This document shows, in pieces, positions 49,499 to 62,398 of a stretch of 64,000 bases of DNA (the stretch's first letter is position 1; each line of letters starts with the position of its first letter). The notes under the pieces were generated by a model. That model saw nothing but the letters and a program-made list of their open reading frames with translations, did no database searches and was not told the origin of the DNA. The stretch spans positions 558,001 to 622,000 of the forward strand of contig BCIN01000002.1 in assembly GCA_039545335.1 (NCBI GenBank), given 5' to 3'. The translations under genes and the position numbers were made by a program. This DNA is from Kondoa subrosea (Eukaryota).

Positions 49499-50480
49499 TC
49501 AATGACTGTCCCATAAGATCAGAGACGCTTTGTAAAAATAGAACGGAGCAGCTTACTTGATAGCAGCAAGATCTGCGATGAGATCAGGTTGTTTACGACC
49601 ATGACCCAATTTGGCTAGTGTAAGGGCATCGGCTTTGAGCAATGTCGAACGAGCGTGACTATCCGAAGAGGTTCAGCAAGGGAAAGAACAGATGAAGAAG
49701 GGACTAACATGTTTGCGTCGGCATCCACTTGGACGTTGCTGAGCGTCTTGACAGCTTTAGCAACAGCGTATAAAGTAGATCTGAAGACTTCAATCAGCTC
49801 CATACATGGAAGAGACAAGTGTAGACCTACTTGATTGCTCCTTTTGCATTCACTCTAGCATCCGCATCTACATCAAGTACCGTATTTCTCTTCAAATTGG
49901 CTTTCACATCCGCATTCAATCCAAGCAAAGGTTTCTTCAGAACCCAATTCACTCCATCTACAGAACTATCCGCAGCGCCTTTGATTTCCACTGCTGTCTT
50001 ATCAAGTACTTGAACTGATCCTTTCACGGTTGACTGTAAGCCATGATCGGCTTTGACTAGAGTTCGACCTGTTGCGTCTACTGTTGCGTCAAAATTCGCA
50101 TTAACTGCTAATGCGGTGTTCTTGATCGTTGTATCAACTCCATGAATGATGTCGCCAGCAACATGAGCGAGTTTATCATCACTGATCAATGAAAGCGCGT
50201 CAATTGAGGATCTGAAAGAAAAGGGGTAGAGACTTACTTGAGATCGACTTTCGCATTCGCGTCTATTACTGCGATAGTAGAACGCTCTTTCCTTTAGAAT
50301 AGGCCTCGCAATCAGAACGCGTTCTATAGCGATAATGAGGAATGCAAAAGCTCACAGATGATAAATAGGCTTGAGGTCGATATTGATCAATGCGTCTATA
50401 CCCAAAAACTTCTTTCCGTAATTTGTAGGTGCTGCAAAGGAAGTAGTAGCCAAAGCGAGGAGAAGTAGCGAGGAGTGCAT
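49499..50480 (-). CDS. Secreted protein with A/D/V/N-rich degenerate repeats
   Basis: Signal peptide MHSSLLLLALATTSFA; recurring DANAKVDL / NANFDATV / NADVKANL / DADARVNA units across several exons. Confidence 0.65.
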
Positions 50481-51196
50481 CTTGAATCGAGAGAGTGGCC
50501 TGAATGAATGTATGATAGGGAAAAGAGTGTGATTGAAGAGGGAGAGAGAGTGCGCAAGATGAGATGGGAAGAGAAGCAAAAGAACGCAGAAACGCGCGAG
50601 TTTTGTTCAATTGGATTGGGCACTTTCATGCAAACCCCTGGTTATCGATTGCATTTCAAAACATCTCCTTTGGGTAGGAGAATAATTCCGCGTGCACCAG
50701 TGCAGTCAAGTACGAGTCAAAGAGAAATGAGAAAGACATAGCTGCCGCAAACACTACTATGCATTTGCGAAGAAGGCTACAGGATGAGTCCCTCATATAA
50801 GTTGTTGACAAGTCGGAAACGTAGACCTTTTGAGCACGATGCAGAGAGCAGAGAGAAATATCAGGAGTACAGCAATGCGGAGCCTCGTAGAGAAAACTCG
50901 ATCAAACTTGGGCGAAGTTTACCCGGGATATGGGCATATGCATCAGCTCAGCATACACAATAGTAAATCGTGTAGTGAAGGGAGAGCCGAGACACGAGAC
51001 ATGACTGCTCTGGAACAAGCTCAATTCGGTCTCCGCAAACATAGCGACTGATTCCGAAAGTGGAGCCTACAACCATTGCCCTTCTTTAGGAATTCCCACT
51101 CTTTGTCTCGTACTAAAGCAGTCTGACCTGTCTTGCCTGTCTGTCACACTCAGCGAAAACTCAAAGTAGAGCATCAACCACTACGAGGAGGAGCAA

Positions 51197-54177
51197 ATGT
51201 CAGACCCAAAGGATACACCAAAGGCTGAACAGGGTTATGGAATGTCTGAATCCTCAAACTACGTGAGCTGTCCCCAGCGCTCCTTGGGGTGATCGCAATG
51301 CTCATGTGTCTCTGCAGGTCGCTAAACGAGAATTGGCCAAGCGAACAGGACCAAATGCGAAAGTAACCCCGCATGTCGACGAAACCGAGTACCAAAGGCT
51401 GTACAAGGAGTCTATTGAGCAACCTGAGCAGTTCTGGGACAAGGTGAGAACCCTTCGTCGCCTCAAGCCGAGGTCATTGAAAGCTGATGTCGTGATGTTC
51501 TAGATGGCCAAAGAAACTCTATCTTGGTACAGACCTTACCAGACTGTGAAGCATGGTTCTTTCGTCAATGGTGATATGACTTGGTTCCCCGAAGGAGGTT
51601 AGTCCAAGTCTTTCTGCACTTACAATAGCTGAATGATGTCTTCAGAGCTGAATGCCAGTTACAACTGCGTTGACCGCTGGGCATACAAGCACCCTAACAA
51701 GGTCAGTCTCTATGAATGACCGTCATTAGACTTCATTGACGCAGTCGACAGGTTGCTATCCTATGGGAATCGTGAGTGCTTTTACGCGAGGTATTTTGTA
51801 CCTCTTCAACGAGCATCCTTACAGAGATGAACCGGGACAACACAAGGAGATCACTTACGAACAGCTACTACGCGACGTCTGCGCTGCAGCAAACACCTTG
51901 ACGAATTTAGGTGTCAAGAAAGGCGATGTGAGTGCGACCGCTGGTGCTTCAGAATAGCTCTGATATCCTGTGGGTTGCATCTACAGTCTGTTGCCATCTA
52001 CTTGCCTATGGTACCAGAAGCAGCAATCGCTTTCCTGGCTTGTGCTCGAGTTGGAGCTGTACACTCTGTCGTTTTCGCCGGTTTCTCAGCTGAATCTCTA
52101 CGTGATCGAATCATGGATTGCAAAGCTAAAGTAGTCATTACTACCGACGAAGGCAAACGAGGTGGAAAGACCATTGCAACCAAATCTATTGTTGATGCTG
52201 CTGTGAACGAATGTGGTGATTTGGTCAAGAATGTTTTGGTCGTCAAGCGAACGGGTAATAAAGTCAACATGAAGGAAGGAAGAGATTTGTGGTGGGGAGA
52301 ACAATTGGCTGCTGCTAAACCTTACTGCCCTCCTACTCCTGTTGGCTCCGAAGACCCTCTTTTCATCCTTTACACTTCGGTCAGTTGAGGGTTCTCGTTT
52401 GATGCATCAGAATGCTAAACAAGAACAATTGACGACAGGGAAGTACTGGCAAGCCAAAAGGTGTCGTCCACACCACCGCTGGCTACCTGCTTGGCGCTGC
52501 TTTGACTGTCAAATACGTCTTCGATGTACATGGAGATGACAAGTTCGCTTGCATGGCTGATGGTAAGTGCACTAGCAGTAGTACGCGATCTGTTCGCTGA
52601 CACTATCGCTCCTACTTACAGTCGGCTGGATTACTGGTCACACCTACATTGTCTACGGTCCGCTCATGAACGGAGTAACGACTGTCATTTTCGAATCAAC
52701 TCCTGTCTACCCTGATGCTTCTCGTTACTGGAAAGCTGTCGAACAACACAAACTCACTCAATTCTACACTGCTCCTACCGCTATTCGTCTTTTGCGAAAA
52801 ATGGGAGAGAAGCATGTCAAAGGTCATGATCTGAGTTCTTTGCGTACTATTGGATCAGTCGGAGAACCAATCGCGCCAGATGCCTGGGAATGGTAGGTCG
52901 TTTCATTTGCTCTTTACAAATTCTCGCTGACCGCTTTGTTCAGGTACCACGAACATGCTGGTGGAAAGGAATGCGCTGTCGTCGACACATACTGGCAAAC
53001 TGAAACTGGCTCAATCATCATCACACCTTTGCCTGGAGCAACTCAACTCAAACCTGGATCAGCTACATTACCTTTCTTCGGTATTGAACCTGTTCTTCTG
53101 GATCCTACCACCGGCAAAGTCCTCGACACTAACCACAAGACTGATGGACATGTTGAGGGAGTTTTGGCAATCAAGAACCCTTGGCCATCTATTGCAAGAA
53201 CAATTTATGGTGATCACTCTCGATTTATGGATACCTACCTGAAGCCATGTGAGGAGAGCAACTTTAAGTTGCTACTTTTAGCCAATGTCTGTCTTCACAG
53301 ATCCTGGTTATTACTTCACCGGAGATGGTGTGGGTGTAGATCGAGATGGCTACCACTGGATCAAGGGCAGAGTGGATGATGTGATCAATGTCTCAGGTCA
53401 GTTCAGGTTCAGCCTTATGCCCTTTGTGTGCATAAGGCTCATAACCTATGATCACTGACAGGACATCGTCTTTCGACGGCTGAGATTGAGGCTGCTCTCA
53501 TTCAACACCCTGGTGTTGCTGAAACAGCTGTTATTGGTGTCAAGTGAGTGGTCTGAATCATTCACATCCCGTGATAGACAACTCAAATGCGATCCACAGC
53601 GATGAAATGACCGGTCAAGCAGTCTTTTCCTTTGTCATCCTCAAGCCTGAGTTCTCTTACGACAAGGAAGACGCTTTGATCAAGGAATTGACATTGCAAG
53701 TAAGGAAGAATATTGGTCCTTGTATGTGTTTTTCCCAAAAAATTAAGTTTATTGCTTATTGATTCTGCTTCAGTCGCTGCACCGAAGCGTATCATACTCT
53801 TGCCAGACCTTCCCAAGACAAGGTAATGTAATGTAATGTAATGGTGCAGGAGATAAACTAATACAAGTTTCGCTAAGGTCGGGAAAGATCATGAGGTCGG
53901 GATCTCCTCAGTAGCCACTTCTGTTCGCTCATGTTTACGCTTCTTGACTGCCATAGACGAGTGTTGCGAAAGATCTCTTCAGGCGAAGGTTTGTCGTTTC
54001 CTCTTATGCCCGGCTATTGGACTAACTGTTGTTCCAAATAACAGGGGATCAATTGGGGGATCTATGTAAGTTGTTTTGTACTTTCTTCAAACTATGTCTC
54101 ACAAGTCTTTCGTTGCAGCTTCTTTGGCCGATCCATCGATAGTAGATCACATCAAATCCGCAGTATCCAGCAAGTAA
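51197..54177 (+). CDS. ACS1: Acetyl-CoA synthetase (AMP-forming)
   Basis: [61 protein letters not shown]; many introns. Paralog number not resolved. Confidence 0.96.
53823..53842 (+). repeat. (GTAAT)4 microsatellite at an intron 5' end in ACS
   Basis: GTAATGTAATGTAATGTAAT read directly. Confidence 0.9.
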
Positions 54178-54444
54178 TCGTGGGAAGTATGAAAGGGATT
54201 CCAAGCTACTAAGTCGCGAATTAACCAAAATCATTATATCAGTGCAATGTAACATTATGAGTGTTGATGCATATTTTTCGGTCGATGAATCGAAATGATT
54301 CATTCCTCCTGCTCCCTGTCGTGCGATGATAGACTCTAATGTCTCGTGCTGAGCGCGATGCTATGATAGTATGTTTGAAATGCATGATGCTGAAACACTA
54401 CTACACACACATAATGCTACTGCAGTGTCAGCCGATTCGACCTC

Positions 54445-55893
54445 TCAGACCGTCTCTTCGCTTTTGCCTCTCGTCAATGCAATTTCCTCGCTCGTCTCCC
54501 AGTAGGCGACATTTTGAGATTGATGAGTTCCGCGTATTCGACCAATAACATCATAAGCGTCGAAGAACTTCGCGAAACGACCTCTATTATCAATGATCTT
54601 GGCTGGCACATGTAAATCATTCAGCTAGAGCTCATAACAGTATAGTTGTGAAGCTTACGTCGCTGCAATTCCGTAATGCCATCCTTTGCTAAGTAAGTAT
54701 ATTTGTTTCGAGGTAGAAGTCGACCGGGGTGGAAAACATGGAAGAGGATCTTCAAAGCCGATCAGCCTTGTTCTCACATGATGACGATAGCCTTACACTG
54801 ATGGCTGCCATACACAAGCCTTCTAAAATCCAAAAAGCAGCTTGACTGGCGGATAACGTTCCCTGAGAACCATCAATTATAAGTACATACTCGCATTACC
54901 AACCAGCAAGGACGTACAGACCAATCAGCGTCCACCTTACCAACTCTACTTCGAGTTTGAAAGGCTTCAACAGTTCGATAAATCATTCGCGCGACAAGAA
55001 GAAAGATAGTTGAGTAATTGAGAAAGAGCACAAGGAGAAGTTTTCCAGTAAGTAGCTTGTTCTTACTGCATCGAAGATGGAATTTGACCAGAAGAGCAGC
55101 GAAAAGTAAAGCCACGACGCATTGCAGGACCAAACCGGCTGAGATCAAAGTAGCACCAAGTTGGATATTCTCCACTGAAGAGCCGACATTCGCTAACTGT
55201 AGGAATAATCAGGCTTGGCTTTTCTTGTCAATCGATCTCAAGGGTTACTAACTTTTGAAGCACCTTGCCCGATTAGGATCTCCACTAAAGCGTCAAGGCC
55301 GAGAAAGGTTGCGACTAGTCAACATGTCAGTATATAAAGGCATCAATACGTTGAATGGAACTGACGAATCAGGCCAGGATGTAGAGGTGCCAGATAAGGG
55401 ATATAGTAGAACAGTCGACTTGAAGTCATGTAGTTGACCACAGCAAATAAAGGAGCTCCAATCTGAAGGAGAACGGCACTCGCTACAATGTAAGGGATCA
55501 GCTTTTTAAATACGTTTCCGTTCGAAATGACCAACCAATATAAATTCCAAGATGATCCGGTAGATAGGCTCCGGCAGCTCTGGTAGCATCTTTCAAGGGA
55601 TATGAGAAAATGTAAGCGTTCTAGTTCAGCGAAAACTTACAACCAGCGCAAAGCAATAATGCTGCCCAGTGTGTTAATCGAGTCATATCACGAGCTTGAT
55701 AATGGAGGTTCTGATATAGATGGAGAGCAGCTGATAGGAGCCAGAAAATAGCGAAGAGAATGCATAGCGCCTTGCTGGGGTAATAGTGATAGAGGGTTCC
55801 TTTATGAAGTGTCAAATTCTGATATTAATGCGGCTCTAGAATTCTCGCCTTCTGCCATGGCTGAGCAGCGTTGTCAAGGCTGCAAGTAGACAT
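54445..55893 (-). CDS. RTA1/Rsb1-like 7-TM protein (start uncertain)
   Basis: YHYYPSKALCILFAIFW, GAPLFAVVNYMTSSRLFYYIPYLAPLHPG, GLVLQ, ARMIYRTVE, FHPGR. Confidence 0.85.
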
Positions 55894-56238
55894 GAGCCAG
55901 TATTCAGTTCTTAGTGTATATATACAGGAAGCGAGCGGATCCGAAGGGAAGCGAGAAAGAACCTTCTCAAACATAGCCTTAGTTACAGCTAGGGAAAGGC
56001 TCCTGTTTGAACAAGCGCGACTAGTATGCTATGCTACCCAAGAGAAACTAAGGAAGAGCGCAGGCGATTCATTGTCGCAAGTATATAGTATCAAGGTCAC
56101 GAGTTTGACACAAAGAGGAAGAGACAAGGGAGAAGTTCTCCTGGATAGTAGAACATAGATTAGACACAGCTGACACTCGGGGCCGGATGATGCTGCCTGC
56201 ATTGACGGGTTGAGGCTGCCTGTAGACAACCGACCACC

Positions 56239-57347
56239 ATGAATTTCCTTTCTACGAGGGCTCTGCGGCAAGCGAGACCAGCGGTCAGATGCTACGCAAC
56301 GGCTAAGTCACCTTACGGCGTACCCTCGCCCAACCCGTCAGTTTGACTTTCAAGATCAAAGATCTCTTAAAGAGGCTGAGATTTGGCTTTGCGATTAGGT
56401 ACAAGGAAGCGATCCAGACGAATCCAGCAGACAAAACGAAAGAATTACAAGGCCCGCTGCACGAATTCGGAGCCTATATTACAGCATGCGTGCCTAAATT
56501 CATTCAGCAATTCAGCGTATACAAGGATGAATTGACTTGTCAGCCTCTGATCTCTGCTGAGTGTGTATATCGGGCTCATTTTTGGATTTACAGTATACTG
56601 CCCTCCCCAAAGCGTCTCTAATCTCATCACTTTCTTGCGAGATCACACAAATGCTCGCTTTACTCAAGTCATGGATGTCTCAGGAGCCGATTATCCATCG
56701 AGAAGCAAACGATTCGAAGTCATCTATCACATGCTATCGATTCCTCACAACTCTCGAATTCGGGTAAAGACTTATGCAGATGAAGTATCACCTGTACCTT
56801 CTATCGTTCCTTTGTTTGGAGGCGCCGATTGGTACGAGAGGGAGATTTGGGATCTTTATGGAGTCTTCTTCTCTGGTCACCCTGATTTGAGACGTATCTT
56901 GACCGATTATGGAGTATGTTTGATTATATTTCAACATTTCAATGAGCTGATCGCGCTGGAAGTTCGAAGGGCACCCCTTACGTAAAGACTTTCCGTTAAC
57001 TGGATACGTGGAGGTCAGATACGACGAGGAAAAGAAGCGGGTAGTACAGTGAGCTTTGCTGTCGTTTGAGTCGATTTGAACTGAATGAGTGCGCACTCAA
57101 GGGAACCTCTACAATTGTCTCAGGCGTTCAGAGACCTGTCGGGAGCTCAGAGTCCGTACGTCAAAATCTTACTGGCCCACAATTTCATCAGCTCATATCA
57201 CTTTGCAGTTGGGAGCAAATAGGTACGAAGACCTGCTAGAGCAGAGGGCTAGTTTTGACTATCTATGCAGGACCTGGTGTGGACATGCGACCAGATACAT
57301 TCAAGCTTCCGCCTGCTGAACCAGCTAAGGAAGAAAGCAAAAAATGA
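56239..57347 (+). CDS. NDUFS3: NADH:ubiquinone oxidoreductase 30-kDa subunit (complex I)
   Basis: Mitochondrial presequence [75 protein letters not shown]. Confidence 0.96.
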
Positions 57348-57623
57348 GCATAGGTGCGCATCTCTTTGTATTTCGCAAGCAAAAGCAAAGGTATATCTAA
57401 CGGCGCTGTCTAGATAGGGGTCATGCTACTTACGCATAGCAAGGCTTTGTACATATTTGACAACTTAAGCCTGTAAGCAGATGAGCATCGATCGTGATAT
57501 TGGACCAATCTATCATGTCTGTATTGCAATTCAGATCGACAGGCTCCTCTGTTCAGTTCCAGCCTCGATCTCCAGTTTTACGAAATCTATATGAATGTTC
57601 GGTTTCCCTTCGTTGAGCGCACT

Positions 57624-57953
57624 TCAAGGCTCTTGTTCTCGCTGAAGGGTCGCTGAACTAACTTTCCCTTCTTGGTATAATTGCTTGGTTGACTTGAAGC
57701 TATCATCTCTATTTGAACCTCCCCGATCTGGGTAGAGATAATCAGGAGGCGGTGGTCCATTTTCTTCATCCTCATCTCTCGCTCTCCTGCTTCGTTTGAT
57801 CTTGATACATATCCCGACAAGAAGACAGATGAAGAGGAAACCGCCAGCAGCTAATCCTCCAACTAATCCCGCATTCTCATCAATCCAAGCTTTAGCAGCT
57901 TCTTTCTTGACTTCATTCTCCATAGACAAATCTCGTTCCAGCCAGCTGGACAT
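57624..57953 (-). CDS. Small single-pass membrane protein with a PPPPDY motif
   Basis: 109-aa ORF from ATG 57953 with TM GLVGGLAAGGFLFICLLVGICI followed by a basic stop-transfer segment. Confidence 0.55.
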   Translation of the reverse strand: MSSWLERDLSMENEVKKEAAKAWIDENAGLVGGLAAGGFLFICLLVGICIKIKRSRRARDEDEENGPPPPDYLYPDRGGSNRDDSFKSTKQLYQEGKVSSATLQREQEP

Positions 57954-58195
57954 CGTCGAAAGAGTAAGTATAGATAGGAAATGATAAGGACAGGATAGGA
58001 AAGCAACGAAGAGGCAAGAATAGGAAGAGCCCGGCGATGCATCACAGCCTTGATTGACATGGTAAGATCGATTTCTGCAGAATCGGATAGCAGGCTGTTG
58101 CAAAGACGGAGTGACGTGGTCAAGGCAGTCACAGTATTAGCAAAAATAGTAGAGCAAACAATACATATAGCGGGAAGTACATAGCACAACAATCT

Positions 58196-58833
58196 TCAGC
58201 GTTGTTGATTGCTTTCATACAACGAAGATCCTCCTTGAGCATTCTTCAGTCTGATTTGCTTCTGTAATTCAGCTTCTCGAATCTTATCAGCTACAGCCTT
58301 GTTGGCAGCGACTTCAGCTGCTCGTTTTGTAGCCAATTCTTCTTGATCTTGCCCTGGAGTCTCGTCAGAGTGCTGGCGAGTGATACTTATTCATCGAGCT
58401 TACTTGTTAATGTATGGTGAGGTATCAGATGCAAAGACACCGCGTCAGCGAAACGAACGCCAGTCTTCGGAGTTTGTGATCTTGAAGAAGGGGATGACGA
58501 TCGACTAGGCCCATGAGGACTAGCAGCGGCCGAATTGGACGATGACAGAGGCTTAGATTGGCGCAAGTTCTCTTCATACGTCTTCTGATAGCCTGGTTGT
58601 TCGGCAGCTTGTTCTAGAGCGTGAGCTCGAGCATGTTCTCGCGCATTTGCTGTCTAAATTACATCGGGATGACGCTTCATGAGCTCGTCAGGCGTAACGC
58701 GGCGAGTTGGACGAGCAAGCTGAGCAATCTCTGATTTGCTATCTGAGAGCGCAGCTGTTCCAGCTTGTCTGGCAGGCCCTTTATTTAACAGCTGCTGAGC
58801 TGTCCGGCCTTGCTGCATATTCTGATTTGACAT
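58196..58833 (-). CDS. Hypothetical hydrophilic protein
   Basis: Plausible spliced Q/A/S-rich product ending ...AQGGSSLYESNQQR*; no family recognised. Confidence 0.45.
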
Positions 58834-59157
58834 CAAGATCGAAGGTCAAGAAAAGGATAGCAGGTCAAAGCGATTTCAGATCCCTTTGTCCCTTTGGTCA
58901 AGGTAACCTCAAAGCCAAGCGTCAAGCAACCAAGACCGCAAGTAATAGATGCAGCAGAGAGAGATTTGAATGACGAAACAAAACAATTCTAGCCGGAGCA
59001 AGTTTCGAAGAAAAAGAACAGCGCAGGTCCGGGATAATTGCATGTCAGAGCTATGCATGAGCTGAGACAGGTGCTCTGGTATCGTGAAGAGCCTGAATCG
59101 ACGCGGTTCCAGGACAAGAGAGATTCGCTGACGAATTGCTCTCAACCCATTACAGCC

Positions 59158-60461
59158 ATGCCAGCGATAACAGACAGTGAAATCTCAGTCGTAGTACATC
59201 CTTTAGTACTCCTTTCAGTCACAGATCACGCTGCAAGAGTAGCCAAGTCCAGCAAAGTAACAATCTTGCTTCAACTTTCACTTTCGCTCGACTTTGCTCA
59301 TGAATCTTTCGATAGAAACGTGTGGTTGGTATTCTATTAGGCCAGGACAATGGCAAAGTTATCAATGTCGCCAATTCTTTCGCAGGTGAAGCTCCAAGAA
59401 CACTTGCAACTGTTCTCGAATAATGATGTGTTATTGTGGTTTCACAGTACCTTTCGAAGAAGATGAACGAGACCCAAAGACTTGGTACTTGGATCACGAT
59501 TTTGTTGAATCCATGAACGAAATGTTCAAGAAGGTCAATGCAAGGGAAAAGCTCATTGGTTGGTATCACTCTGGACCTAAGCTACGAGCGTCAGATTTGG
59601 AGATCAATCAGGTTATCAAGCGATATGTGAGCTCTCTTACACCGCTGGTCAAAAAGAAGTCAGCTGATGATGAAGATAGTGCGCGAAACCGATCATGGTC
59701 ATTGTCGATGTGCAGAATCGAGCGACAGGGTTACCGACAGATGCTTATCTGGCGATAGAGGAGATCAAAGACGTCAGTATTGACTTGTTGCTGCTTTCTT
59801 GCGAAGCTTGCCGACTAGGTCTTCTTGACAGGATGGAACGGGAACACAAAAGACTTTTCTACACATTCCATCGACAATCGGAGCAGAAGAAGCAGAAGAA
59901 ATTGGTGTAGAGCATCTCCTACGGGACATCAAAGACCTCAACACTGCAACCCTATCCTCTCGAGTTTCAGATCAACTTTCCTCTCTAGCAGGCCTTCAAT
60001 CAAGATTACAAGAGATCCGACACTACCTAAATCAAGTCATTTCAGGCGAACTCCCAGTCAATCACCAGATCCTCTACAATTTACAAGATGTGTTTAACCT
60101 TTTACCTAATTTGGAAGGCACGACATCAGCTAAAGTAGGGAATGGTGAGGATCCTAGTGGAGGGAAAAGACCTTTCACTGTTGCTACAAACGATCAATTG
60201 TTGGTCATGTATTTGAGTAGTTTGATCAGGGCTGTGATCTCTTTGCATGATTTGTGAGTTTTCTTCTCTCAGTCCTTGTTCGATTCAATGAAAGCTGAGG
60301 ATCAAATGTGTAGGGTAAACAATAAGATAGAATTGGCAAGTGGGGAGAATGAGCAACAGCAATCGGAGAAGAAAATAGATGACAAGTCGATAGCGAAAGA
60401 AGGCGAAAAGGATAAGGACAAAAAGGAAGATGACAAGAAGACGAAGGAGAGAGGTCTTTGA
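59158..60461 (+). CDS. RPN8: 26S proteasome regulatory subunit Rpn8 (MPN domain)
   Basis: [64 protein letters not shown]-rich tail. Confidence 0.97.
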
Positions 60462-60776
60462 GCAGCAGCAAGAGATCAAGCTATTCTGAAGCTTTGACAT
60501 CTGCATTCTGCTTTTGACTAATGCACGGTGCAATTTTCGCCTGTTGCGCCATTAATCAACTATTGAGGCAATCTCCGCCCCGGTGCGGAAATATAGCCTC
60601 TCTCAGCACCGCTGAATCATTTTGGACCGATTCTTGTCTCTTCCCTCTATTTACTTAATCATCAGGCAATCTGTCATGTTCGAGTTTTGTTTCTGGTCCT
60701 TCTGGCATAATACTACAGAGGTCATGGAGTGCGTGCTACGCTTGTAGTATGTGATCCAGATTTCAACACAACAACT

Positions 60777-62042
60777 ATGTCAGCTTACTTTCAGAACTCT
60801 TCCAGTTCGCCTCCTAGTTCCTCGCTTCTATTCCCCTTTCTCTCTGCTCCAGAGGGTATTCTTGACGGATTGCCGATTGCTGCTCTCATCATCCGTCAAC
60901 TCTTTTATTTTGTCTAGTCAACGTCATTGCACACTTATACCTCGGATCTTTCAAGTTTTGTACGTCTTCTCATCATTGCCCTTGCGGCCTACGAGCTTAG
61001 TAGTACTCGCAGCTTGCTCTTGCCCGTGATACTCTTATCACTATACCTTCCGTAAAGCCAATGTCGTCCTCCCAACACAAGCCAATCAATCTCCTTCTGT
61101 TACCGCAAGGCCCATGTCTTCATTATCCCGAATTACAACCATCACAGATTGTTGCGCAACATCTAGCGGGTCAGACTCTATCTCTTGCAAATCCCGCCAG
61201 ACAGCTTCATATGTCAGGCTTTTATCTCTCTTTCGATCTAGCATAGCCTAATATAAATGATTGGGTATACAGAACAGTCTCGCCAATCTTATGCTCCTAC
61301 GCGCACGCTGCAATACAGATTCCAAGGTTTCATGAAAGTGGATTATGGGACGCCGTTGTTCATATTGGCTTAGCACCTATGATTTCTGGTGTGCAGCTGG
61401 AGAAAGGTGCAGATCGATTAGTGCGAACTCTTTACGCTTGAGATGGACGAGAGATCATTGACCCTTCATTAGGGTTACGTTTTGCGGGATCAAAATGGTC
61501 ATCAAGGACCAAAGGTGTGTACTTGTCTTCAACTAAATCGATATCTTTGATTCGAATTTCACCTCAGATAATCGATGGACGTGGACTAGAAGGAGATGCC
61601 GATGGATACGAGACTGATTTGGATATTGAGGAGATCGTCGAAAAGATTAGAGAGATCGGGTTCAAGGATGTTTCGGTTCATGATGAAGCTGGACATGAAG
61701 TTGTTAGTGCTTGTGGTGATCCTTGCAGAACACGGCTTATCAATGTCACAGTGCGGTTTCGCTTATGCTACAAGTTTGAAAGCTTCGCAAGTACAAAAAA
61801 GCGACTGGTCCAAACCAGTGAGTTGGATCTCTTCGTGCAGACTATAGCTCATTGCGTTAAAGGTCATTTGGTGTCATATTCCCGAAATAAAGGACGATCA
61901 ACGTTTTGAACATGAGAAGCAGTCGAGCTATAACGAAGATCAACTGACAGAAATCATTCGTGAGCTTTGCCGATTGGTTGGAGCAGAAGCTGCGAAGCGT
62001 ATCGAGAGGGCCGAGAACACTACAGACTGGACATGCCTGTAA
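60777..62042 (+). CDS. Hypothetical multi-exon protein (boundaries approximate)
   Basis: Phase-consistent exons GYVLRDQNGHQGPK|IIDGRGLEGD...LINVT|TIAHCVK|EIIRELCRLVG...WTCL*; 5' structure uncertain. Confidence 0.4.
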
Positions 62043-62398
62043 AATGGACACAATTTGCATTGCAAGAGACATCAAGTTGAGATACCCTGCATGCAAGCCG
62101 AAGCTGCATTGAACGGACAGAAAAGATGCGGTATTGATCTTGTGGGCAGAACCAAATGAGGCAGGAGAGGCATGTCATGTTGCTTAACTTTGTCAAACTG
62201 ACTGCAAGCATCTCTGGGTGAACGTCTACGAATTGTGCTCGTGATGAAGGATGAGCGATATCAGTCAATGTACATATGAAGAAAAATGGAAGTCTACAAT
62301 TCGTTGAATTCAGTCATCGTGTTTAACTTCGAGTTTGAAATGACACTAACCTCCGACGTCCGCCTTGCTGGACTCTTTCTGCGTCGGATCGCGATCGC

